Assembly: GCF_016433145.1 (NCBI RefSeq)
Contig: NC_058133.1
Location: 503,039,696-503,103,195 of the forward strand
Direction of reading: 5' to 3'
From: Gracilinanus agilis
Lineage: Eukaryota
DNA length: 63,500 bases
Below are positions 22,967-39,700 of the stretch, piece after piece (within the stretch, counting starts at the first letter, position 1; each line of letters opens with the position of its first letter). A program made the translations under genes and the position numbers. A model generated the notes under the pieces. The model was not told the origin of the DNA and did no database searches. It saw only the letters and a program-made list of their open reading frames with translations.

Positions 22967-23100
22967 GGGGCAGCTGGGTAGCTCAGTGGATTGAGAACCA
23001 GGCCTAGAGATGGGAGGTCCTGGGTTCAAATCTGGCCTCACTTCCTAGCTGTGTGACCCTGGGCAAGTCACTTGACCCCCTTTGCCCACCCTTACCACTC
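22967..23100 (+). mobile_element. SINE1_Mdo-like, 3'-truncated
   Basis: ggggcagctgggtagctcagtggattgagaaccaggcctagagatgggagg...cccttaccactc. Confidence 0.85.
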
Positions 23101-23133
23101 CTTGAGGGCAGGGACTATCTAATTGTATATGAT

Positions 23134-23270
23134 TAGATAGATAGATAGATAGATAAATGAATGGATGGATAGATAAATGGATGGATGGATGGACAGATAA
23201 ATGGATGCAGATAGATAAATGGATGGATAGACAGAATACAGATATACAGATAGATAGGTAGATATGGATA
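23134..23270. repeat. (GATA)n/(GGAT)n compound microsatellite
   Basis: Direct reading. Confidence 0.9.
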
Positions 23271-23698
23271 AGCTGGTATTTAAGTGACAGCTAGCTCTCC
23301 AGACATAGAATTTATTAATTCCTAACTACATGTCCTGTGTACTAGGGGCTGGTGACATTTTCCTGGCTTCCTCTAAGTCCCCACTAAAATCCCACCCCTG
23401 TTAATTCCAGTGCTTTCCTCCTTTTAATTATTTCCTAATTATTCTGTGGTTGTGGGCCAGCTAGTTGTGAACAGCAGCTTGAGGGCTTTTGCCCGCCTCC
23501 ATCCCCAGGGCTTAGTCCAGTGGCCGCCCCAGTGAAAGGCTCTTAATAAATGTTTACTGACTGATCACCCATCAGGGCTGCCATGAGGATCAAACGAGCT
23601 GGCCCAGTGCCTGGCACCTAGTGCTGGTTTGTTGATTAATGGACACAAACAGGAGCCAGCGCTTGCCCTCAAGGAGTCTCTATTCTAACAGAGAAGAG

Positions 23699-24121
23699 NN
23701 NNNNNNNNNNNNNNNNNNNNNNNNNNNNNNNNNNNNNNNNNNNNNNNNNNNNNNNNNNNNNNNNNNNNNNNNNNNNNNNNNNNNNNNNNNNNNNNNNNNN
23801 NNNNNNNNNNNNNNNNNNNNNNNNNNNNNNNNNNNNNNNNNNNNNNNNNNNNNNNNNNNNNNNNNNNNNNNNNNNNNNNNNNNNNNNNNNNNNNNNNNNN
23901 NNNNNNNNNNNNNNNNNNNNNNNNNNNNNNNNNNNNNNNNNNNNNNNNNNNNNNNNNNNNNNNNNNNNNNNNNNNNNNNNNNNNNNNNNNNNNNNNNNNN
24001 NNNNNNNNNNNNNNNNNNNNNNNNNNNNNNNNNNNNNNNNNNNNNNNNNNNNNNNNNNNNNNNNNNNNNNNNNNNNNNNNNNNNNNNNNNNNNNNNNNNN
24101 NNNNNNNNNNNNNNNNNNNNN
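23699..24121. other. Assembly gap (423 N)
   Basis: N run between RASA4 and the POLR2J CpG island. Confidence 1.
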
Positions 24122-25120
24122 GTCTGACACCCGGGGAAGCGGGTCAGGCGCATTCCCTGGAGATGGGAGCCTCTCGGAATGGGGCCAGGCTCACAGCCGT
24201 GGGGGGTCCCAGACGCAGTAAGCTCTCTGTGACTGGGGGAGGCCGTGGTTGTTGTACAAGGGTTTGATGGCCCTGACAGCAAGTGACCGATTCCGGCCTA
24301 AGCCAGGTGAAAATGCGTCGGGAAAAGTGGCCTGAAATAGCCACAAACCAGCGGCACCCTGGGGACTCCGCTCTGTGCTTCTCCGGAGCCCCTAAGCGCC
24401 AGGCGCCCTGGCAGGGACAGAAGGGCCGGCGGCGTCCAGACTCCAAAGGTTTTACTGTCGTCTCCCCTGGGCCTCACAAAGTCTCAGTTATAGGGTGGAA
24501 ACTGCTCTGGGGCCATTTTTCAGACGGAGAAACTGAGGCTGAGGGGGTAGCAGTAGTAACTCAGACCCTAGGCAGCAGGGGGCGGAGGCGGGACTGGGAA
24601 AGGGTATGGCTCTCAGCTGGGGAACACGGCGGGGGCGGGGGGCTGCCGTCTTGGAGGAAGGAGAGCCGGGTGAGCTGCGATCTACAGTGGGAAGGGCCTA
24701 GAGAAGCCGTGGATTCCCATTCTTCCATTTGACTGATTGGGAAATTGAGGTACGGTTGGGGTAGGCGATCTGCCCAAGCGACGCAGAGACAGGATTAGAA
24801 CCCTCCACCGTCTGCGCTTTCAGAGACCACGTCTGAACCCGGGGTTCACGAGGCTGCAGGCATGGAACTACGTCGCCCCCTCGCGGAACTAGGAGAACAC
24901 AGCCCAGGATACGCACGCGCGTACAGATGGCTACAGTGTCGCGCATGCCCTGATCGTCCTCCTCCCCCTTCCCTTTCCCATTTCCTTTCTGCTCCATCTC
25001 GCGACGAGGAGCACGATTTCCGGTTTTGCTTCTCGCTGAGCTCGGCGTGCCCCGGAACCGGAAGTTGAGCCGGCTGGCGGGTGACCGTGCTGTCGGTGGT
25101 AGCGGTGGCGGCTGTGCAGC

Positions 25121-29880
<4,760 letters not shown>

Positions 29881-30192
29881 TTCTTGATGTCTTCTTCATG
29901 CAGTTTCTGTAGGACGAGCACAGAAACTCTTCCTTCCCTTTTGATTATCTACCTGCTATGAAGAGTGATGAGGGAAACCACCTCATTGCTTTTTCTCTTC
30001 AGGGAGGGGACAACTGTAATTTCCTCATAACATGTATTTCTTACCTCTTGAGTCACTGTCTTTCAGTATCTCAAGTAGCACTTTGTAGCCATCTTCAAAA
30101 TTCTGCTTGCCATGAACTCTTAAAGTGATAGTCTGGCCAGTGTGGGCTGGAGACTATCAGAGGGAGATGCACTCATTAGACAGTTTAATTAT

Positions 30193-30198
30193 AATAAA
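30193..30198 (+). terminator. POLR2J poly(A) signal AATAAA
   Basis: First canonical hexamer after the POLR2J stop. Confidence 0.6.
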
Positions 30199-30605
30199 GA
30201 ATCATCATTAATGGATCTGTGTCCAGCTGGAAAGAGGACTGCTAAAGGGCTCTGTCCTGTGGCCACAGATGGTATGCTACAGACTTGGGAGACAGAGCTG
30301 GTCACGGGATGCCAGGCAGGATCTAAAGCTCCACCTTGCTTATCAGCAATGCAAGAGTTCTTAAAGCAGTCTAATCCCCAGCAACTCGGCCAGGACACAG
30401 CAGTTATGTGGGGTCTGAGCTCAGCCTACTAAACTCTCTCTTTCTCTCTCTCTCTCTGGGGTCACAGAACATAAAAACACAGTTCACTTTGTTTTAAATT
30501 GAGTTTAGTTAAAACTAAAACTTAGAAAAATGCACACTTAGGAAAAACCTGTTTGTGAGAATCACGGGCACCACAAACCCAACTGCCGGGCCCTGCTTCT
30601 GGCTG

Positions 30606-30746
30606 CTAGAGTTTCTTCCAGATGGCAATGATGTTTGTGTCTGTCAGAGCCACAAGGTAGGTAAAGGTAGGGTCGGCCACTGCAGTGTTGATTAAAGTTT
30701 TGTTCATCTTTCTGCCTCGGGCTGAGAGATCTGGCCATTTGAGAAT
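30606..30746 (-). CDS. LRWD1: LRWD1 exon 15 (ILKWP...LTDTNIIAIWKKL*)
   Basis: cag|ATT...TAG, 141 nt. Confidence 0.94.
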   Translation of the reverse strand: MLKWPDLSARGRKMNKTLINTAVADPTFTYLVALTDTNIIAIWKKL

Positions 30747-33700
30747 CTGTTAAAAAGAAGGAAAGTTTACTTAAAATTTGTTGTTGTGGTTGATGGTTAC
30801 TAAGAATATAATTAAAAACAAAACACATCCCATAGACCCCATTAGAAAGGCAGAGTTGGACCCAAATAACAAGATACGAGAAGACCCCCTCTCCAACCTG
30901 GGCCACAGGCACTGTCAGACTTTTTTTGTGCTGACTTTTTTCCCCCTCCAAAAAGATACTCTGTTATATGGGAGGAATACGTGGGCTATTATGGGGATGT
31001 AACAAATGGAAAATATCAATAAAAACTTGAGAAAAGACGGTGGATGTGGTATTCGTGAATGCTCACTTCCCTTCCAAGTTGGCCCAGGCCTAGAGAAGAG
31101 AAGTAATAATGCAATGACCTGGGCCAATCCTGGAAGACTCATGCCGGGGAATGCTCTCCCCTCCAGGGAAAGAACTGTTGGAGTTGTCCTTCCCACCAGT
31201 GTATTTGTGGTTTTCTTTGGGGGTTTGGGTTATGTGTGACAATACAGAAGTGTGTTTTGCATGAAGAGAGAAGCAGTAAGTTTTAACAATTCCCAGCAGC
31301 AGGCCTACCTTTGTGGGGGCCACTGAGGCCCGTGAGGGAGGGTGCTGTTGCAGGTAATGCTTGACATTGTACATCCACACGCTGCCCTCTTCATCTCCGC
31401 AGAACACAAATGCTTTCTCTGTAATTACAGACCGCTTTGTACAGTCAATGCCCCCTCCTCCTCCCTGTCTGTGTCTTTAGGGGTGGGGACCAAGTCCAAA
31501 TGGCCTGAGCTGCCCAGAAACATGGATCTCAGACTGGTTGGCAACATCTCTGTCCAAGAGATCCCATCCTGGCCCCACCGTGAGGGAGTTCCAGGGGTTC
31601 CCTGGGGTCTTCGGTTAAAGGACTTTCTTGTGTTCAGCATTGGCCGACTCAAGGGTCCTATGTACATCCTTCAAATCCCTACAATGGCCTCTGACTCTCT
31701 TTGAGTCTTCCCTTAATGGTGTTTTCTCTCCCCTACCTCCTCCATGCCCATGTCTGCCGTCTCAGGAGTGCTCCCTGGCACCTCCCCGTCTTCCCAGGTT
31801 CGTGCTTACCTGGACAAGTGCTGAGGGTGAGGTAGGACAGCTCTGTATGGGACCACTGGAGCTCTGCCAAGATGACCACCGTTACCCGCTGCTTGCCTGC
31901 TCTTCCTGCGAGGGACTGACTCCAGCTCCACAAGCAGATGGAGCCTGGGGTACAGCCCTTGGAAGCTAACCAAGAGCAAGAAACGGCAGAGACTTAGCAC
32001 CTCCTCCAAGGACTCGCTCCCGCTCTGGGAGGGTAGCCACACGGGAGGGAGAGGGACCTCCCAGAGGACAAACTTCTCACCATGTCCTGCCACAGGGCTG
32101 CCTAAGGCAGAGGCAGGCCCTGGGCTCCCAGGCCAGCTCTCTGTTGTCCCAAGCGACCCCACATTTTGTTCCCAGAGGACCAGCTTTCCCATGGAGGGCA
32201 ACTGAGTGCATCCACAGGCCCGGCCCAGGGTCCTCACAATCTGGCCTCTGGAGAGTTCTCGGGGACTCGGCCCACGGCTGTTCCTACAGAGGTCCGCTCC
32301 TCCACAAGCCCCAAAGGGACTGGCTAGCTGCTTCCTGGACAGGCCCAATTTCTCTCAGGCCACAACCACTTACCCACAACATCTTCACTCACAAAGCCCA
32401 GCCCATCCACTCGCTTGTGCCCTCGCCCTGGGCCTTGGGGAAACAGGAACATCATCTCACAGTCTCTGCAGGAAAGTCAGGCATTGGGATGTCAACAGGC
32501 TTGGCAGCCCCTGTGTGCACCCTCCTTTGTTAAATTGTTAAAACAACCCTCGGGACAGCCCTCTGGAGAATTAAAGTGCCACATTCCTCAAAGGGTGGCA
32601 GGACTCGGGCCTCTGGTGACGCTGAAACACGCCAGCCACAGGGACAGGCACCAAGAACCAGTCTCAGACACGCATGCGAGACGACAGGTGAGATCCTGCT
32701 CGAGAGGCCTCTGGGAGACACACTTGGTAACTACAAAACGTGTGAAGGGCTGTGGCCCGCCTGGGAGAACTGTGCAACCACAGGCTGTGGCACCTCCCTG
32801 GGCCTCAGTTTCCCTCTGTAAAACAGCAGGAATGATGCCTCCATCTCATGAGGCCTCAGGAGGGAATCTGCATGCAAACGCAGAGCCTCAGAAGAGGCCC
32901 CACAACGACCTGCGAACAAGCTCAGAGCCAGGCCGCGTCCCCTTACTCGGAGCCTTGCCATCCTCTGGGCAAAAGCGAGCAAAACCAAACCACCACCACA
33001 GGGGTCCCAGCCAGGGAGAAGGGCTTTGGCGAGCCAGACCCCCAGGGAGGGGGGAGATGGCCAGACCTCTTTCTTTCTGTCAGCCTACATCCAGGTTGGT
33101 GGCACTCTTCATGGAGCTTGGCCACAGGCTGGCAGACCTTGCAGTCCCCCCACCCCAACCTACACCCCCCCCCCCCAGACCAGGCCTCCCCCTCACCTCC
33201 TCTTCTGGGGCTCATTTAACCGTATGTCCCAGGCGAAGCAGCCATCCTCACAGCCGCCCAGCAGGTAGTGGTCGGGGCAAGAAGCCACTGGGCACAGCCG
33301 CAGGGGGGTGGCGCTGGCATCAAGCACCAGGAGCTGGCTGGGAGAGGGAGAAAGAGCAGGAGCTTCCGCAGGCATCTTCCTCCTCCCGCCTCTTGCCCAT
33401 GGCCTCCGGGGGGAGGCTTACCTGGGTCTGAACTGGTAGTTGTAGTCAGGGAGGCCGATGTCCCAGAGGCTAATGCGCTTGTTGTACGAGGCAGCTGGGG
33501 AGAAAGAGAGGAAGGTGGGCCGAGTGAGGAAGGCCACAGCAGGAGGCCACATCCCTCCGACCATCGATCGTGCCATTTCAGGCGGTCACCAGGGCCCCAG
33601 AAGGGAGGAGGAAGGCCAACGAGGATGTGAGCAGCAGCAGCAGAGGCCTGAACAGAGGAATGCCGGCCCCTGGGAGGAGGGACCCTTCTCTCTTCCGCAT

Positions 33701-36700
33701 TTAGGGCCCTGGAGCTCCGCGCCCAGCGGGCACCCGACGAAGGCAGCTTGACTGGCCCCCTTCCCCGGGCAGAACAGCTTACTGAAAAGGTGGGTCTCCT
33801 GGCAGGGGCTGAAGCAGGCCATGGCAATGGGCTTTCGGTGGGCTCGGATGACTCCGTAGCAGAAACCTGCACGCACGTGGATGAGGCTCACGACGCCTCG
33901 CCGGCCCGCGGCTGCCAGCACACTGCTGCGCTTCTTCCGGCCATCCTGGGTCACCAGGGTCAGGGTGGTCCAGGCCACCGTGAAGAACTCCTGGGGAGGA
34001 GGCCGAGGGGGGATGAGGGAAGGCTGGCCGCCTCTCGGGTCCCAAGATGGGCTCGTTCTCTCCATGCACAGCCCTGAGCCCCGCAGCGGAGGCCAGACGC
34101 CTCCAGGCCGGCCCCAAGGCTCACTCACCTCTCCAGGCACCTTGTACCTGTGGAGCACGAGGCCCGCCTGGCAGTCGATGATGCACACGGCCTCCCCGCC
34201 ACAGGTGGCCACTGTCTGCGACACGCCTCCGGGCAGTCCTGAAAGAGGCCTGGGCTGGGCACTTGGCGGAGGCTGAGGGGCCTGCTTGGCCTCCCCCCAT
34301 CCCAGGGAGCGCCCAGACTGCCAGAAGGCGGGAATCCCATCTGAGCTCCGGACGGAGCTCTTCCCGAGTGAGGCTCACCTGTGCCCTCGTCCCAGGCCGG
34401 CTCGAAGGCGCAGGCCCACAGCTGGGTGCTGAAGTCCTCGGGGCTGTTCCCTTTGCTGTGGCACTGCAGGAAGTGCAGCGGCTCCAGCTCCACGGGCTCC
34501 TGCGGGGAAGCCTCCGGAGGCTCAGGGGCCTCTGCCCAGGGCCACGCAGCCAACACAGCTGACATGCCGGCCCCCTGCTCCACCCACCAGACACTGCTCT
34601 GGGCCTTTTCAGGCTACCCTCCAGGCCTGCCCAACTGCTGAAACCCCCTTCCTGCTCCCCCCCACCCCGGGCTTTCCAGGCCTCACCTGACCCTCCACTT
34701 CCATCTCAGCTGGGGTGGTCTGTCTGCAGCTCCAGCTGCCTGACGCAGAGCTGTGGTCCGCCTCCCTGGACACAGGCTGGGCGTCGGGAGGCAGGGAAGG
34801 TCGGGCTTTCTTGCTGGGAGGATGGTCGGTGGAAAGGCTCTTCTTCCATTTAAAGGCCTGCAGCTTGACCTGCAGGAAGGCAATTTTGGAGCTGGGCTGG
34901 AAAGAGGCACCGCTGGGTGCCCAGAGAGCACCGGCCGCAAAGGGACGAGATCCTCGGGGCTGCGGCATCCGACTCCCTCCTTTTTGCAGATGAGAAAACA
35001 GAGGGGAAAGGCCTCTGCCCAGGACTACCCAGCTGGGTCCAAGGGATGCTCACCTCCTGGCTGGTCCACCATCAGGACACTCTGGGCCTTCTCCACGCGT
35101 GGAAGGCTCCCTCTGCTCCAACTGCTGACCTCCCCAGCTTTCTTGAGTCCTAACTCCAATCCCACCTCCTACAGGAAGCCTTCCCCAACCCTGGGGTATT
35201 CCAGTGCCTTCCCTCTCTTGTATCTCCTAGTCACCCTGTCTAGAGTTCATTTGCTCATTAAGCTCCTTGGGGGTCAAGCACTTGTCTTTTGCCTTTTTGT
35301 ATACCCAGTGCTTAGCCTGGAGTTTAACATAAAAGGAGCTTAATAAATGTATATGGATTGACCGAGTAGAATTTGAACTCAAAACCCTGCTCCAAACACA
35401 ATTTTTTCTCTGCTCTATTGGCCAATCCTGCCTGTGCAGAGCTAAGATTTGAACTTGGGTCCTGCTGGGCTTCCTGAGATATCACGGAGGCATCCACTTG
35501 GATCTGAATCCCTGGGCATGAATGGGAACAACTTCTATCTGGAGTCGGTCAGCCCTCCAGACCAAGGGGGCGAAGGGTCAGGGAGTGGCTGGAGAACCTG
35601 GGGGCACCCCTTGGATGTTGTCACAAGGTTCTGTTCTACCCCTGGGGGCGGAGGAGGGAGAGAATACAGAACACAGACCAGCACAGGCAGAGGGAGCCAA
35701 AGGGATCATCTAGTGATGGGGAAGCCCGAGGTCACCCAGCGAGGCGGGCTCAGGTGCCAGATGAGAGCCGCCCCGGCTCCCTGGCCCCAGGCCTTGGCAT
35801 CACTGGCGGTCACTTCTTGCACTCTTGAGAGCTCCCTGAAGGGGGGCGTCCCAGGCTGGCCATGGCAGGCCCACAGCAAAGATTCACGGCCACCGGGGGC
35901 TTACTCACCAAAGACTGCTGGATGGAGGCTCCCACCCGGCTCTCGTGCCTCAAACTGTCTTCTGAGAGGGTCGAGGGAGTTGAGGGAGTTGAAGGAGTCA
36001 AGGGGGCCGAGGGGGTTGAGGGGCTTGAGGGGGCTTCATTTTGAGTCAGCTTTGAGGACACCAGCTTCTGGGCAATCATTTTTACCTGGCGTGGGGCAAA
36101 ATCTTTCAGGTCAGCCAGCAATGACTGAGGGCTAAGATGGGCAGGCCAGGCCAAGGCTGAGGGATGCAAAAATGGGCAAAAACATGACCCCAGCCCTGAG
36201 GAGCTGCTCAAGGTGGATCGGGGGAGACGACACGCAAATGGCTCGGCACGTACAAGCCGCACATGCACAGACTAAGTGCAGGGGCTAAGAGGAGAGGAGG
36301 AACACTGCTCCTGTGACCACCAGCCCCAACAACTAGGAAGGAACCTTTATTTACAGCAAACCCAATTCTGCATCCCCTGTGAGAGGCAGCCGGGGGCACC
36401 AGGCCTGGATCAGGAAGCCCAGGGTTCAAATCTAGGCTCAGATCCTTCCTAGCCTCTAACAGTTTCCTCATCTGTAACACGGGAAGAATTGCAGCACTAT
36501 CCAGTTTGTTGTGAGGATCAAATGAAGTAAATACAAGAATAACAAAGCACTTGGCACAGTGCCTGGCACAGAGTAGGGGCTTATAAATGCCAGGTGGATG
36601 ATGATGATGAAGATAAAAGGTGCACATAGGCTCAGAAAAGAAAAAAGAGACAGGAAGCAGCTCAGAATAGTGAAACTGGCATCCATGAAAACAACCTAAT

Positions 36701-39700
36701 GAGAGGCGAGGGGGTGGTGGGAGTCTGGAGGCCTGAGCCTGGGAACAAAGAACGAAAGCCCCTTTTTCTCTCTGCAGGGGAAGTAGGGGACAATAGGTGC
36801 CTGAATTATTGTGGATATGTTTGCCTTATTGTTTTTATTATGAGAAAGGATGGAGAGTGGGATCATGCACATATGGAGAAATGATCATTTTAAAAAAATA
36901 AATTATAAATAATAATAATAATAAATGATTTTTTAAAAGTAGTGTAATTACACTTATTTAAGCCAAGCCACATCTTCTTCAGGCAAATCACTGGAATTTC
37001 AAATGTTTTAAAAAAAGAGAAAGACCACTCCAGCTCAAGTGAAGTAACAGGTGGGTTTATGGTACTTGAGGATTTCCCAAATAACCAAGCAAAGTTGGCA
37101 GCTTCTCCCCACTTCACAAATGCAAAGACAGAGGTGAATGGATTCCCCCAAGGGTACATGTCCAGGGGCAGGACTAGGAGCAGAAGCCTGGCACCCTTAG
37201 CCACAGGGTCTTACCTTCCACTGGATGAAATCACTCAGCGACTCGGGCCCGTAGCAGACTTCTTTGACTGCAGACTCCACAAATTCCCTGTAGATATCCT
37301 TGGTCTGTGCCGAGGAGTCCAGCTGACCTTGGTAGTTCTCCCAGTAAGCAGTGACCTAGGCCAGGGCAGGGGACACTTTGATCTTCCCTTCTGAGAGGGC
37401 TCCTGCCTTCAGGGCACCCAGGATGGGGCTGACAAGCAAAAAGGATCTTTGGGTTTATAGGTTCTCTTTGTCAACATGGAATCTAAGAGAATCCCAAGTT
37501 TGACCTTGTCACAAGAGAATTTCTCCTGGAGGGAGATCCCAGACTCAGAATTTCATACTAACAACAGACCTTAAAGTACTTTAGGTAGAGCTAACAAACT
37601 CAATCAGATGTTAAATACCCTTTTAGTCTTAGAAGTTCTTCTATTGTATCAAAGTCCTTTCCCAGGTAGAACTCCTCATTTTCTTTGTAGCCACAGTAAA
37701 GCCCATCAATCATATTTCTGTTCTCAGTTCCCCAAGAGGTATATATGTTCTGTGTGGTTTTGAGCATGTAATCTGTGTGGAGGCCTAAGGATTGCACCGT
37801 TATCCCTCTCCTGATTAAAGACATGGTTTTCCTGACTAACAGTTCCGTGTCTTTTTTCCAGTTTAACATCTTCCATCCCCAACATGCCAGTCTACAGTCC
37901 TTCTAGGGTCTCTGTCTCGCTCTCCCATCCCACCACTCCTCCCAGACAAAAGGTTCAGGTAAAGCTCCAGGGAGGTCAGAGCTGGGAGGACCCTCCAAGG
38001 TCACCTCTCTAGTGCAGCTGTTCCTGGCCTAGGATAGAAGAAACTTCTGAAGGAGGGACAGGAAAAGCCAACCTCAGCTGTATTTGAAATGAACCTTTCA
38101 ACAGCTCTACTCATCTAGTTTCCTGGACCACCCAGGCAACAGGAGGATACAGATATGAGGCATACCAAGTATGGCAGAGAGTCCTTCGGAGATGTATTCT
38201 CCCAGGACCTAGAGCCATTTTAAAATGCACATTCCCCCCTGTGATCCTTTGGGAGACTATTCTCCCCAATGGATCATAACAAACATAAATAAATTTACAA
38301 TCACAATAAAGGAGAAGAGAAGGCAAAACCATCAAAGATGAAAGCTGAGCTGTTTGGGCAGTGACAATCTAGCTCCCTCTGATCAATATATATGCTATTA
38401 TCTAGCAACTTCATCACAGATGTAGGTTTGGGGAAAGATGGCAAAAGAATACATTGGGAAATTTGGGTCAGGAGTAAGAAATGCAAGAGGTCAAAAGCAA
38501 TAGAAAACAAAGATACCTCATGCCTAGACATCATGAATATTTTCTGGAGGCATAAGCTAGAGCAGAGTACAGTTAAGGACTGGATTTAGATTTGGAACTG
38601 GCCAATGGCCAGAATCCACACAGTCAGTTCTGTCATCCTGGTCTCGGATTATTTAACACATTTCTTAATCACAAAGATAAAGTCATAGACAACTTCTTTA
38701 TCCAAATGAAGATGAAAAAATTAAACAGGATAACTAACCCACTGAACCACAAAGTCAGGATTCCTAAAGAGTGAGAACATTGCAATGACTCTTAACAAGA
38801 TTAAATAAAATAATAATAAATGTAAAGTCTTACATTTGGGCTCAAGGAATTGATTTTACATGGAGATAATGGCAAGGCCTGGTTCAACAGGAATTTTGTC
38901 TGAAAAAGACCTGGATGTCTTAGTGGGTTGAGTCCCCAGTATAATGTTAAAAAAACGAATGCCATCTCTATCCATATTAAAGGAGGCAGTGAGGTAAGCT
39001 AGGTGGCTCAGTGGACTGAGAGCCAGGTCCTGGGTTCAAATCTGACCTCAGACACCTCTTGGCTATGTGACCTAGGAAAGTCACTTAACCCCAACTGCTT
39101 TTCTGCCTTGGAAGACATACTTAGTATCAATTCTAAGACAGAAAGTCAGGGTTAAAAAAAAAAAAATTAAAGAAGGTAAAGCTTCCAGAAATAAAAAGGT
39201 GATCTGTTCCTGTCCTCTGCCCCCTGCCCTGGTTGGACCATACCTATAGTACTATTCAATTCTGGTCACCACAGTTTGATAAGGAGAATATCCAGGAATC
39301 CTTCCAGAAAGCAAACAGGACAATGAAGAGCCGCAAGTCTAATCCTATGTAAAAAGAAAGGAAGAATGCTTGGCCCAACTTCCAGGGAATATAGAGAATT
39401 GTTTTCCATTATGTCAGCCATAATGAAGAAGAAATACTTAATTCTCTTTGGTCCCTAAGGGTACAACTGGAAGCTGTGGGTAGAAGGTAAGAGGCAAATT
39501 TAGGCTCAAAATCAAGAAAAACCTCCTAACAATTTTGACTAGTCAAAACTAGCATGGGGTGTCTTGGGAGCGAGTAGGTTCTCCCTCCTTAAAGGTTTCC
39601 AAGCAAAGACAGGGTGACCGATTGCTGGGTCTGTTGTAAAGTGGATTCCTCAGAGCTGGATTGGATTCCAATAGGCAAATGTGAGGCACAGAGGAAACAG

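Noticed and set aside
32415-33431. 338-aa plus-strand ORF antisense to LRWD1
   Set aside because: GTG start, no recognisable domain, GC-rich shadow of real exons.
34343-34360. Inverted repeat gagctccg-ga-cggagctc in LRWD1 intron 7
   Set aside because: An 8-bp stem is expected by chance in 63 kb of GC-rich DNA.
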